Below are positions 19,515-28,102 of a DNA stretch of 64,000 bases, in pieces. The position numbers and the translations under genes are program-made. The stretch's first letter is position 1, and every line of letters starts with the position of its first letter. Location: contig JBCCRC010000009.1 in assembly GCA_039208375.1 (NCBI GenBank), positions 2,833 to 66,832 on the forward strand. The letters run 5' to 3'. The DNA is from Pseudomonadota bacterium (GTDB lineage Bacteria; Pseudomonadota; Alphaproteobacteria; Rhodobacterales; Rhodobacteraceae). The notes under the pieces are model-generated. The model searched no databases. It had not been told where the DNA came from and saw nothing but the letters and a program-made list of their open reading frames with translations.

Positions 19515-21044
19515 GTGCGCGGCCCGCACAACATCATTCGATTGATCCGAACCGGCGCGACATTGGAGCGGACCGGTGCGATGCGTGTCGTGCTCGATGC
19601 GTTTCAGGCGCCCGCGCCGCTGCGCATCGTTGCACGCATCCTCGGCTGGCCTTTCGCCTGGCTTGGCTTCAAAGGCGATCCGGCTTTGCCACCGGCGACG
19701 CGGGCGCTTACCGCGCTGGGCCCGGCCTACATCAAATTTGGCCAGATCCTGTCCACCCGCCCTGATGTGGTTGGCGATGAACTGGCCATGCAGCTGCGCG
19801 TTCTGCAGGATAAGCTGCCGCCCTTCTCGATGGCCGACGCCAAACGCATGTTCGCCGAAGAATTCGGCATGTCCGTCGAAGCGGCGTTTTCGGAGTTCAG
19901 CGAACCCGTCGCGGCCGCATCGATCGCCCAAGTGCACAAGGCGCGCCTGGCTGAGACGGGCGACGCGGTCGCCGTGAAGATCCTGCGCCCCGGCATCGAG
20001 CGCGCCTTCCGCACCGATATCGACGCATTCTACTTCGCCGCCCGCCTGATCGAGTTTCTCTCACCTGCCTCGCGCCGATTGCGGCCGATCGACGTGATCG
20101 CACATTTCGAAGGCGTGGTGTTAGGCGAGCTCGATTTGCGCTTGGAAACGGCGGGCGCGGCGGAATTCGCCGCCAATACAGCAAAAGACACGGGCTTCGT
20201 GGTGCCCGAGGTGAATTGGACTTTCAGCTCCCGCCGGGTGATGACGATGGAGTGGGCGGCGGGCAACCCTGCAGGCGATATCGCCGGAATTGATGCGGCC
20301 GGGCATGACCGAAAGGATCTTGGCGAGCGCGTCCTTACCATGTTCCTGCGCCATGCGCTGCGCGATGGCTACTTTCATGCGGATATGCATCAGGGCAACC
20401 TGAAGGTCGCGGCCAACGGCGATCTCATCGCCCTTGATTTCGGGATCATGGGACGGATCGATGAATACACGCGCCGGGTCTATGCCGAGATCCTCTACGG
20501 CTTCATACGCAAGGACTACCAGCGTGTCGCCGAGGTTCACTTCGAGGCAGGCTATGTGCCGCCCGACCGGGATGTTGACGAATTTGCCCGCGCCCTGCGC
20601 TCTGTCGGTGAGCCAATCTTTGGCATGGATGCCTCGCGAATTTCTATGGCGCGCCTGCTGGCGTATCTCTTTGAGGTGACGGAGCGGTTCGGGATGCAAA
20701 CTCGAACGGAGCTGATCCTCCTGCAACGCACGATGGTGGTGGTCGAAGGCGTGGCCCGATCACTTAATCCGCAAATCAACATCTGGCGCGTGGCCCAGCC
20801 GATCGTTGAGGAGTACATCAAGGAAAATATCGGGCCAAAGGCTCTGGCGCGGGATCTGTTTCGCACCGCGCGGGTACTTGCGCGTTTTGGGCCGAAGCTG
20901 CCGCAGCTGGCCGAAGCAGCGCTGGTCCGTCAGGCAGCCGAGCCGCCGGCGCCGGCGCAAAACCACAATCGGCGCGCCTTGATTTACGCCGCCGCAGGTG
21001 TCGTCACCGGTGCTGCAGCCATGTGGGTGGTCCTCACGGCCTAA
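19515..21044 (+). CDS. ubiB: UbiB (ABC1 atypical kinase) ubiquinone biosynthesis protein
   Basis: LGPAYIKFGQILSTRPD, AAASIAQVHKA, HADMHQGNL, C-terminal TM helix. GTG start adjacent to the ubiE stop. Confidence 0.9.
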   Translation: MRGPHNIIRLIRTGATLERTGAMRVVLDAFQAPAPLRIVARILGWPFAWLGFKGDPALPPATRALTALGPAYIKFGQILSTRPDVVGDELAMQLRVLQDKLPPFSMADAKRMFAEEFGMSVEAAFSEFSEPVAAASIAQVHKARLAETGDAVAVKILRPGIERAFRTDIDAFYFAARLIEFLSPASRRLRPIDVIAHFEGVVLGELDLRLETAGAAEFAANTAKDTGFVVPEVNWTFSSRRVMTMEWAAGNPAGDIAGIDAAGHDRKDLGERVLTMFLRHALRDGYFHADMHQGNLKVAANGDLIALDFGIMGRIDEYTRRVYAEILYGFIRKDYQRVAEVHFEAGYVPPDRDVDEFARALRSVGEPIFGMDASRISMARLLAYLFEVTERFGMQTRTELILLQRTMVVVEGVARSLNPQINIWRVAQPIVEEYIKENIGPKALARDLFRTARVLARFGPKLPQLAEAALVRQAAEPPAPAQNHNRRALIYAAAGVVTGAAAMWVVLTA

Positions 21045-21059
21045 CGCGCTGGCGCGTTA
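21042..21059. terminator. perfect 8-bp palindrome overlapping the ubiB stop (possible bidirectional terminator)
   Basis: TAACGCGC-tg-GCGCGTTA. No U-tract. Confidence 0.4.
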
Positions 21060-22157
21060 GACGCGCCTCTACGGCCAGCCACATTCGGGTCGGGGCGACG
21101 GAATGCGGCCGAACGGCGGGTGTGCCGTCCGGCCCCTCACGCTCTGAACCTGTCACCGGCCATCACTTGCACGCAAGTCACAGCCCACACGTTTGTTGCG
21201 TACGGCGCGGCGCAGGCCGCCACATCTTAGGCCAAAGGCTTTAGCAACCGCGACGGGCGCACCGGTTGGCGCACAGCACGACGCCGTCGAAGCACACGTG
21301 CCGCAACGCAACGGCGGTCACACATCGCACCTTGCGGGCGTGCCGGGATCGTATCAGTCAAACGCTCGAACCGAAGGGGCCCCGCCAGCAGCCAAGGCTT
21401 TTTCGAATGGCCGCACGGCAGTGCTGCCTTCGGCCTGCACAGGTCTTGCAGCCGCTACGACGATACCCAACGCACGAGGGCACCGCGCGGCCCATCATAA
21501 CCCTACAAAGAAGGGCCCCCAGTAACGGCATACAATCATCGAGTCACGCGCAATAACCTTGGCCACGCAAGGCACGTTGAGGGTCGGCGAGCATAAGCAC
21601 CGGTGAAACAATCAAACCGATGGGGCACCATGAACGACCAAGGCTTGCCCCAATCATCGGATCGCGGCGCTACCTGCCGCTTGCAGACGTGTAGCAGCCG
21701 AGCTGCCGCCTACGGGCATACCCATCGGAAAGGCTTAAGGGCGGGCATCGCACTACCATACACCAAACCTAGAAAGAGCCGGTGAAGTGCCGGTTGGGGG
21801 CATTCATTGCGTCATCGAAACGCCCAGCCTGGGGTGCCCGGATCCAGAAACCGAATGGAGGGCAGGATCATTTACGTCGGTTGCCTGCTCCAAAGCCTTT
21901 GTCGCGCCCAAGTGGCAACATAGTCCCAGATCGCACCGACATGGCGGCTTGCCTAGCGCGTGTCGCGGGGCGTCGCCCAAAAAACCTCGCCCGACCCATT
22001 AAATGGAGAGGGCGCCGCGCGCGGAACCTTCCCATTCAACGCATGCGCCGCGCCCTGCACAGTGCTGTGGAACCAAACTACCGCTCTGATACGAACTGCG
22101 CCCAGCCACAGGCCAGTACGTGCGTCAGGCCCTTGCAAAAAACGTCCAGGCAACGAA

Positions 22158-22174
22158 TGCAGCGGGCGTGCCAA
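22158..22174 (-). promoter_or_regulatory. sigma-54 (RpoN) -24/-12-like element pointing into the ORF-free spacer
   Basis: Minus strand reads TTGGCACGCCCGCTGCA. This matches TGGCACG-N4-TTGCW with one mismatch and correct GG/GC spacing. Confidence 0.35.
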
Positions 22175-22203
22175 GCACCGGGGCCTGCAAGGCCCGGCTT
22201 GCG

Positions 22204-22875
22204 TCACACAGGGCTCGCCTCGGCGCGCAGCCCGGTAACATCAGATGCCGCAGTCTGGGTACCGTCGGCAAATACCGCCACTGGGCCTGTCGCCTCATCA
22301 CGCACCTCGGCAATCCGGCCCCAGGTTTCCGGAACCGACACGCCGATTGGCTCACCCGCCTGGAACGCCTCGATCTCAAAGCTGTAAAAGCCCTCGGGCA
22401 CTGTTGCGCCCGCATTATCATCGCCTGCCCAGGTTAGTGATGCGCGCGCCGGATCAATTGCGCGCCGCTGCACCTCACCACCCGAGGGATCTCGCACAAT
22501 TAGTGTCGCCTGATCCGCCTCAAGCGGGATCTTGGGAAAAAGCTCGATCGGCGCGCCATCGAAACGGGCAGGAACTTCGGCGCGCCCATCCAGGCCGACC
22601 CAGCCCGCGATCTCGGCCACCCCGCCGAGCGCCATCGAACCCACGAGGCTTTCGAGAAGCTCGTTGGTCTGGACCTGCTGTTCGACGCCAGAGAACGTGG
22701 CGAGTTGAACCGCGAAATCAGACGATTCGATCGGGTTCAGCGGATCCTGATTCTCAATTTGGGCCGTAAGCATCCGAAGGAACGTGTCGAAATCGGAATT
22801 GATCGTGTCCGACGTGCTGTCCGGCTGCGGTGCAGGCATTGTGCTCTGGGTCGAGGTAATTGAAGTCGGTTCCAT
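22204..22875 (-). CDS. flgD: flagellar hook capping/assembly protein FlgD
   Basis: DFDTFLRMLTAQIENQDPLNP N-terminal FlgD motif. Follows fliK. Confidence 0.9.
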   Translation of the reverse strand: MEPTSITSTQSTMPAPQPDSTSDTINSDFDTFLRMLTAQIENQDPLNPIESSDFAVQLATFSGVEQQVQTNELLESLVGSMALGGVAEIAGWVGLDGRAEVPARFDGAPIELFPKIPLEADQATLIVRDPSGGEVQRRAIDPARASLTWAGDDNAGATVPEGFYSFEIEAFQAGEPIGVSVPETWGRIAEVRDEATGPVAVFADGTQTAASDVTGLRAEASPV

Positions 22876-22885
22876 CGGGTTCCTC

Positions 22886-24790
22886 TCAAAGACGAAGGTC
22901 TAATCCGTTGTGAATTGCTGCCCGCGGGGCAGTCTGGCCGGGAACTGGGGGAATCCCATCCGCCACGGCGGGTTCAAACGCGTCGGGCTCAGCGTCGGTG
23001 CGCGCCTGCCCACCAGTGAAGCTGAGGTTCAGTTCCCCCAAGCCGCCATCGCGGGCCTCGGCGAGCAGCACTTCTACATGCCGCCGAATAAACTCCAGCG
23101 TTTCTGGCCGCTCCGCTGCGATGGCGACGGTCATGCCCAGATCGGCCGCGGTCACTGCAATGCGCAGGCGCCCAAGCTCTTCTGGCACCAGCGTGATTTC
23201 AACGACGCCGGGGGCAGATTGGCGCAAGCCCTCCGCGATTTGCGCGGCAACCGACCGCGCAAGCTCTGGCGCCGCCGCGGGCGGCGGCGTTGGCGGTGCG
23301 GCTGTTACCGTTTCGGTGCGGATGGCTGAGAGAGCCCCCCCAAATTCGGTGGAACCAATGTCGATGGCGGGTGACGTGAGCTTTGAAAGGGCTTCTGGCC
23401 CCGGCGCAGCCGCCGGGAGCGGCGCTGGGGGGCCGGGCGGCAGATAGGCGAAATCCCGAGCCGGCGCAGGGGGCGATGCCGGCGGTGAGGCCTGCACCTT
23501 CGGTGCTTCACGCCCCAAGCCCGTACCGCGAAACTCACTCTGTGGCGCGTCCGAAGCGAGCCGCAATAGGCTGGCAGCGCCTACAGTTACTGCGGGCTGA
23601 ATCGGGGCCTGCGGCGCCGGTGGAGGCGGCACGGGGGTTGGCGCCCCGATCGGCAACGTGGCGGGACCCGCCGTGCCCGGTTGCGGCGCGATGGCAACGG
23701 GCGCCTGAGGCAGGACCCGCGCCTCTGCACCCGGCGCGCCCGCCGGCGAAACCAACTCAACCGGCGCCGTGCCAGCTGCGGGCCCGCCTGGCGCGGGTGT
23801 TTGAGCAAAGCCGACGGATGTTGAGGTTTTCGGCGCATTCAAGGCAGCAACGGGATCAGACTGCGCGGCGCGGCGCGCCACCAGTTGCGTTTGCGCGCTG
23901 GTTTCTGCTGCTCCGCTCGCTTGCGGCGCCTTCGTGTCGAACTGCCCCTCTTTGAGCGCGGGCTGCGGCACCGCACCGTCAAGCGCCTTCGGCGGCGGAT
24001 CGGGCAGCGCCCGTCCCGCGGCAGCGGAACCCGAGAGTTTTGGCGGTGCAGGTGCCTCGCCGCCTGCCCTACTGAAAGCCCGACTATCTACACTGAGTGC
24101 TGCTGGAGCCCTAGGCGGCGCTTCTGCGGAGGGCGCAGGCAAATCGAAGGCCCGTACCGCGCCTTGAACCGAGGGCGGTGTCGGCCCGGCGAAATCCGCT
24201 TGCGGCACAACACCTGGCGTGGCGGGAACGGCAAGCGCCGTGGCTTCCCGGGCCGATGGAACCACTTTTGCAGGAACAGTCAGATCAGGGTCATTTGGCG
24301 AAATGGCAGGGCCAACGCCTGCGCCGCGTAGGGTTGTCTTATCTGAGCCACCTTGCGCTGCCAGCTCGCCGGGCACCCGGCCCGCGTTCGTAGCCGTAGC
24401 CTCGCGCGTCGTAACGGGCGAGCCAAAGACATCCGCCGTAGCCTTAAGCGCTGGCGCAACCGAAAGGGCCGCCCCCCCGGGCGAGGGCGCCCGCACTTGC
24501 CGGTCTGCAGCGCCCGGCACCGCGCTGTCATACGGCGGGGATGGTGGAACAGAAGCAGCGGGATTCACCTCGCCCGGTGAAAGCCCGGCTGCAACGCGCG
24601 ATTGCCCAGCGGCGTCAGCCACAAGATCCGCCAGTGAGCTGCCCTCGGCGGCGGCATCAGCCGCGTCAAACGCACTTCCGAAGCTTTCGCCAGTTACCAC
24701 ATCCGTCGCAATCAATCCGGCGGGCACCGGCTTTGCCGGGGTAAGCCCATCTGCGGCCTGTGGCACCGGAGCTACAGCGAAGAGTTGCAA
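22886..24790 (-). CDS. fliK: flagellar hook-length control protein FliK
   Basis: 634 aa, Ala/Pro-rich. C-terminal Flg_hook-type domain VEITLVPEELGRLRIAVTAADLGMTVAIAAERPETLEFI. TTG start is uncertain. Confidence 0.8.
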   Translation of the reverse strand: MQLFAVAPVPQAADGLTPAKPVPAGLIATDVVTGESFGSAFDAADAAAEGSSLADLVADAAGQSRVAAGLSPGEVNPAASVPPSPPYDSAVPGAADRQVRAPSPGGAALSVAPALKATADVFGSPVTTREATATNAGRVPGELAAQGGSDKTTLRGAGVGPAISPNDPDLTVPAKVVPSAREATALAVPATPGVVPQADFAGPTPPSVQGAVRAFDLPAPSAEAPPRAPAALSVDSRAFSRAGGEAPAPPKLSGSAAAGRALPDPPPKALDGAVPQPALKEGQFDTKAPQASGAAETSAQTQLVARRAAQSDPVAALNAPKTSTSVGFAQTPAPGGPAAGTAPVELVSPAGAPGAEARVLPQAPVAIAPQPGTAGPATLPIGAPTPVPPPPAPQAPIQPAVTVGAASLLRLASDAPQSEFRGTGLGREAPKVQASPPASPPAPARDFAYLPPGPPAPLPAAAPGPEALSKLTSPAIDIGSTEFGGALSAIRTETVTAAPPTPPPAAAPELARSVAAQIAEGLRQSAPGVVEITLVPEELGRLRIAVTAADLGMTVAIAAERPETLEFIRRHVEVLLAEARDGGLGELNLSFTGGQARTDAEPDAFEPAVADGIPPVPGQTAPRAAIHNGLDLRL

Positions 24791-24895
24791 CCGAAGTCCT
24801 CCAAAACTCCGAGCACCCTTAGCCGGATCCGATTACCGGATCTTTACCGCCACCCGCGAAAAGCACGGTCAGGCACTGCTGGATGGGAGATAGCC

Positions 24896-25174
24896 TTGAT
24901 CGATGGCCTTGGCGCCACAGGGCGCGCCGAACTACCCCAAAAAAACGCCCGTCTCTGGACTGCCGCACAGGCGCTTGAGGCGAGCTTTCTGGCCGAAATG
25001 CTGAAGCCCATCGGGCTGGGGGAGCCCAGCGAAAGTTTCGGCGGCGGCCCCGGCGAGGAACGGTTCGCCTCCTATCTCAGAACAGCACAGGCAGAGGCAG
25101 TGGTTGACGCAGGCGGCATCGGGCTGGCCGAAAGCATCTACGTCGCAATTCTGAAGCGCGAAAATGCTGGGTAG
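24896..25174 (+). CDS. flgJ: rod-binding protein (single-domain FlgJ-like, no muramidase domain)
   Basis: AAQALEASFLAEMLK rod-binding motif. TTG at 24896 is preceded by GGGAG. The longer ORF from 24785 would overlap the fliK start. Confidence 0.6.
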   Translation: MIDGLGATGRAELPQKNARLWTAAQALEASFLAEMLKPIGLGEPSESFGGGPGEERFASYLRTAQAEAVVDAGGIGLAESIYVAILKRENAG

Positions 25175-25514
25175 CGCAAAGGCCGCGCCGACCGAGGCGC
25201 TGATCGATCTTTTGGAACGCGAACGCGGCGCGTTGCTTGAGGGTGACTTTGAAGTTCTTGCTCGAATCGCTGGTGAGAAAGAGCGCCTTTTGAGAGCGCT
25301 GGGAGAGGCCAAGCCAACGGACGTTCCGGAAAGCCTACGCGATCTGGCGGCCCGAAACGGTGAGCTTTTGGAAGCCGTCCAAAGGGGCCTAAAGGCAGGG
25401 CTGCAACGGATCGAGGCCCTTCAGGGGGGTGGCACGCCGCTTAGAAGCTACGACGGTTCGGGATCCGCCGCAGTCATTGGCCCGCCACGCCCATCCTTTC
25501 GCCGCGATGTGTGA
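25164..25514 (+). CDS. FlgN-like flagellar chaperone (tentative)
   Basis: 116-aa Leu/Glu-rich helical protein. Its start overlaps the preceding gene, and it sits between the rod-binding protein and flagellin. Confidence 0.45.
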   Translation: MLGSAKAAPTEALIDLLERERGALLEGDFEVLARIAGEKERLLRALGEAKPTDVPESLRDLAARNGELLEAVQRGLKAGLQRIEALQGGGTPLRSYDGSGSAAVIGPPRPSFRRDV

Positions 25515-25532
25515 TCGGCGCGCCGGCCGCGG

Positions 25533-25547
25533 TTAGGCAATCATTAG
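25533..25547. promoter_or_regulatory. CtrA-box-like TTAG-N7-TTAG upstream of flagellin
   Basis: TTAGgcaatcaTTAG, about 145 nt upstream of the flagellin ATG. Confidence 0.3.
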
Positions 25548-25692
25548 GGTTTGGCGGCTAGCCAGAGCGCGCATCCCAAGTGCGGATGGCGCGGCGCATC
25601 TACGCCGCATTCGTCAGAACGGCGCTTAAACCACGTTCCCAAGGAACGTTCGTGAAGCTGGCGCAAAAGCGCCGTTGGACATAGGACAAAAC

Positions 25693-27234
25693 ATGTCGAG
25701 TATCCTTACCAATACCAGCGCGATGGTTGCGCTGCAGACCCTTCGTGGGATCAATTCCAACCTCACCCAAACCCAGAATGAAATCGCCACCGGCAAATCC
25801 ATTGCCTCGGCGAAAGACAACTCTGCGATCTGGGCGATCTCGAAAGTTATGGAATCTGACGTCAATAGTTTCATGGCAATCTCGGAAAGCCTTGGCCTTG
25901 GGCAATCCACCATCGCCGTGGCCCGCCAGGCCTCTGAAACGGTGTCTGACCTTCTGACGGACATGAAGGGCCGGATCGTTGCCGCGCAGGAAGAAAACGT
26001 CGACCGCGGTAAAATTCAGACCGATATCGACGCGCTCACTGATCAGATCAACTCGATCGTAAGCGCCGCGCAGTTCAATGGCCTAAATCTTGTTCAGGGC
26101 ACGGACTCCGCCAATATCCTCGGCTCGCTCGACCGCGCTGGCGACGGAACCGTCACGGCCAATAACATCACCGTGGAACGGCGCGACCTGACCACTGGCG
26201 CCGGCCGTTTCGGCACCACGGGCAACCTCGCCCCGAACATCACGGTGAGTGACGCAACAGCCAACGGACTGAACGACACGGGCAACACCGCCGTAATCAC
26301 GCTTGCGACGAATGCGGACTATGCGGCGGCAAACGGCGCGCTTGGCCTCACGGTCGGCGGCGTTGCGGTGAACTTTGCGGCCGGTGATCTGACCGGCAAC
26401 CAAGACGCCGCGGCTGGCATCGTCGCAGGCCGCATCAACGCGCTTGGCATCGAGGGGATCACCGCCACATCGACGGGTGCGGCGGTCACAATCACCTCCA
26501 CCCGAGGCTTCGAAACGGCGGATGTGGTGATTGATAGCGAGTCGGGTGTGACCGGCGCTGAAGTGACCGCGCTCAATGGCACGACGGGCCTTAACAACGG
26601 CGTAGGCGTTGTAAACACAATCGACGAACGCGCGGAGAGCCTGACCTTCGATAACGCGGCCGTTCTGAACGACGGTGACGGCTATCGCGTCACCTTCGGT
26701 GGTGAAACCTACACCTACGTGGCCGGACCCAACGAAACCTTCGAGGATGTTGTGAAGGGCCTTCAGGCTGCCATCGGCGGTGGCAATCTTGAAGACATCA
26801 CCACGCGCGTGACGACCGATGACAATGGTAACTTCCAGCTGAAAATCGATAACGGCAATGCTACCGACAAGACGATTGTCGTGGCGGGTACGACCGGGGG
26901 AGAAGCCTCTGGCGGCCTTTTCGGCCTTGATACGCTGGATGTGACCACCAATACCGGCGCCACCAACGCGCTCAACACGATCGAAACGTTGATCAATGAA
27001 GCGATCGACAGTGCCGCGTCATTCGGCTCGGCCCAAGGGCGGATTGACCGGCAGGCGGAATTCGTGAGCCAGCTCACGGACTCCTTCAAAGCCGGTATTG
27101 GCGAACTGGTAGATGCGGATATGGAGGCGGCTTCGGCCCGCCTGCAGGCGCTTCAGGTGCAGCAGCAGCTTGGCATCCAGTCGCTTTCGATCGCAAACCA
27201 GGCGCCGCAGTCGATCCTCGCACTGTTCCGGTAA
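25693..27234 (+). CDS. fliC: flagellin (513 aa, long Thr/Gly/Ala-rich central domain)
   Basis: N-terminus MSSILTNTSAMVALQTLRGINSNLTQTQNEIATGK and C-terminus QQQLGIQSLSIANQAPQSILALFR. AGGA lies 7 nt upstream of ATG 25693. Confidence 0.95.
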   Translation: MSSILTNTSAMVALQTLRGINSNLTQTQNEIATGKSIASAKDNSAIWAISKVMESDVNSFMAISESLGLGQSTIAVARQASETVSDLLTDMKGRIVAAQEENVDRGKIQTDIDALTDQINSIVSAAQFNGLNLVQGTDSANILGSLDRAGDGTVTANNITVERRDLTTGAGRFGTTGNLAPNITVSDATANGLNDTGNTAVITLATNADYAAANGALGLTVGGVAVNFAAGDLTGNQDAAAGIVAGRINALGIEGITATSTGAAVTITSTRGFETADVVIDSESGVTGAEVTALNGTTGLNNGVGVVNTIDERAESLTFDNAAVLNDGDGYRVTFGGETYTYVAGPNETFEDVVKGLQAAIGGGNLEDITTRVTTDDNGNFQLKIDNGNATDKTIVVAGTTGGEASGGLFGLDTLDVTTNTGATNALNTIETLINEAIDSAASFGSAQGRIDRQAEFVSQLTDSFKAGIGELVDADMEAASARLQALQVQQQLGIQSLSIANQAPQSILALFR

Positions 27235-27244
27235 GCACAACTGG

Positions 27245-27269
27245 CTGATCCGGGCCCGCCCCGGGTCAG
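27245..27269 (+). terminator. GC-rich stem-loop after flagellin
   Basis: CTGATCCGGG-cccgc-CCCGGGTCAG, 10 bp with one G-T pair, 11 nt after the stop. No U-tract. Confidence 0.5.
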
Positions 27270-27323
27270 CCCCTCCCCCAAGAATTGGACCTCATCGGCC
27301 CACGCCGATTGGAAGGATGCGCC

Positions 27324-27701
27324 GTGAATCACGTTCAACAAGCCCAATCCGCCTACGCCGCCGCCGCCGGCCCCGCCCGAAGCCCGCGCAGCATTGAGTT
27401 CGATGCCTTCGCCCGCGTCACGCGCAAGATGAGCGAAGCCAGCCGGGCCGGCGCGAAGGGCTTTCCGTCCCTGGCCTCGGCGCTGCACGAAAACCGGCGG
27501 CTTTGGACTGTGCTTGCCTCAAGTGTCGCGGATCGCGACAACGCTCTGCCGAATGCCCTGCGCGCCCGTATCCTTTACCTCGCCGAATTCACCCAGACGG
27601 AAACCACGCGCATTCTTGCCGGCGAAGCCGAGGCCGCAGCGCTGATCGATATCAACACCGCGATTATGCAGGGTCTGCGCACCGAGGCTCAGGGGCAATG
27701 A
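27324..27701 (+). CDS. flaF: flagellin synthesis regulator FlaF
   Basis: SIEFDAFARVT...NRRLWTVLASSVADRDNALP..LRARILYLAEF is typical of FlaF. GTG 27324 follows GGAAGGA. Confidence 0.8.
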   Translation: MNHVQQAQSAYAAAAGPARSPRSIEFDAFARVTRKMSEASRAGAKGFPSLASALHENRRLWTVLASSVADRDNALPNALRARILYLAEFTQTETTRILAGEAEAAALIDINTAIMQGLRTEAQGQ

Positions 27702-28102
27702 GCGGCCTCGTCCTTAAACTCGCGCCGAAGGAACGGATCCTGATAAACGGCGCCGTGATCGAAAATGGCGACCGTCGCAGCCGCCTGTCGATCGTTACAC
27801 CCAATGCCAATATTCTGCGGCTGCGCGACGCAATCCACCCGACGGAGGCGAAAACCCCGGTGCGCCGCGTCTGCTACATTGCCCAGCTTGTGCTCAGCGG
27901 CGACGCGCGGCCAGAAGATGCGCAACCGCAATTGCTGCGGGGCATTGAGCAACTCTCACAAGTATTCCGGGATGGCGCGAGCCTCGAGCAACTGAGTACG
28001 GCAACCGAGGCCACCTTGGCGGGGCAGTACTATCAGGCGCTGAAGGCACTGCGTGGCCTGATCGCGCGCGAAGACAGGCTGATCGGGAGCACGCCGTTAT
28101 GA
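27698..28102 (+). CDS. flbT: flagellin translational repressor FlbT
   Basis: MSGLVLKLAPKERILINGAVIENGDRRSRL is the typical FlbT N-terminus. ATG overlaps the flaF stop (ATGA). Confidence 0.85.
   Translation: MSGLVLKLAPKERILINGAVIENGDRRSRLSIVTPNANILRLRDAIHPTEAKTPVRRVCYIAQLVLSGDARPEDAQPQLLRGIEQLSQVFRDGASLEQLSTATEATLAGQYYQALKALRGLIAREDRLIGSTPL

Noticed and set aside
21782-22387. 201-aa plus-strand ORF spanning the spacer and the 3' end of flgD.
   Set aside because: The translation is Arg/Pro/Ala-rich and non-protein-like. It overlaps flgD on the opposite strand and has no SD. It is treated as non-coding.
24785-24895. Longer form of the rod-binding protein starting at TTG 24785.
   Set aside because: It would overlap the fliK start on the opposite strand. 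The extra 37 residues are Arg/Ser/Pro-rich, and the internal TTG at 24896 has a GGGAG SD.
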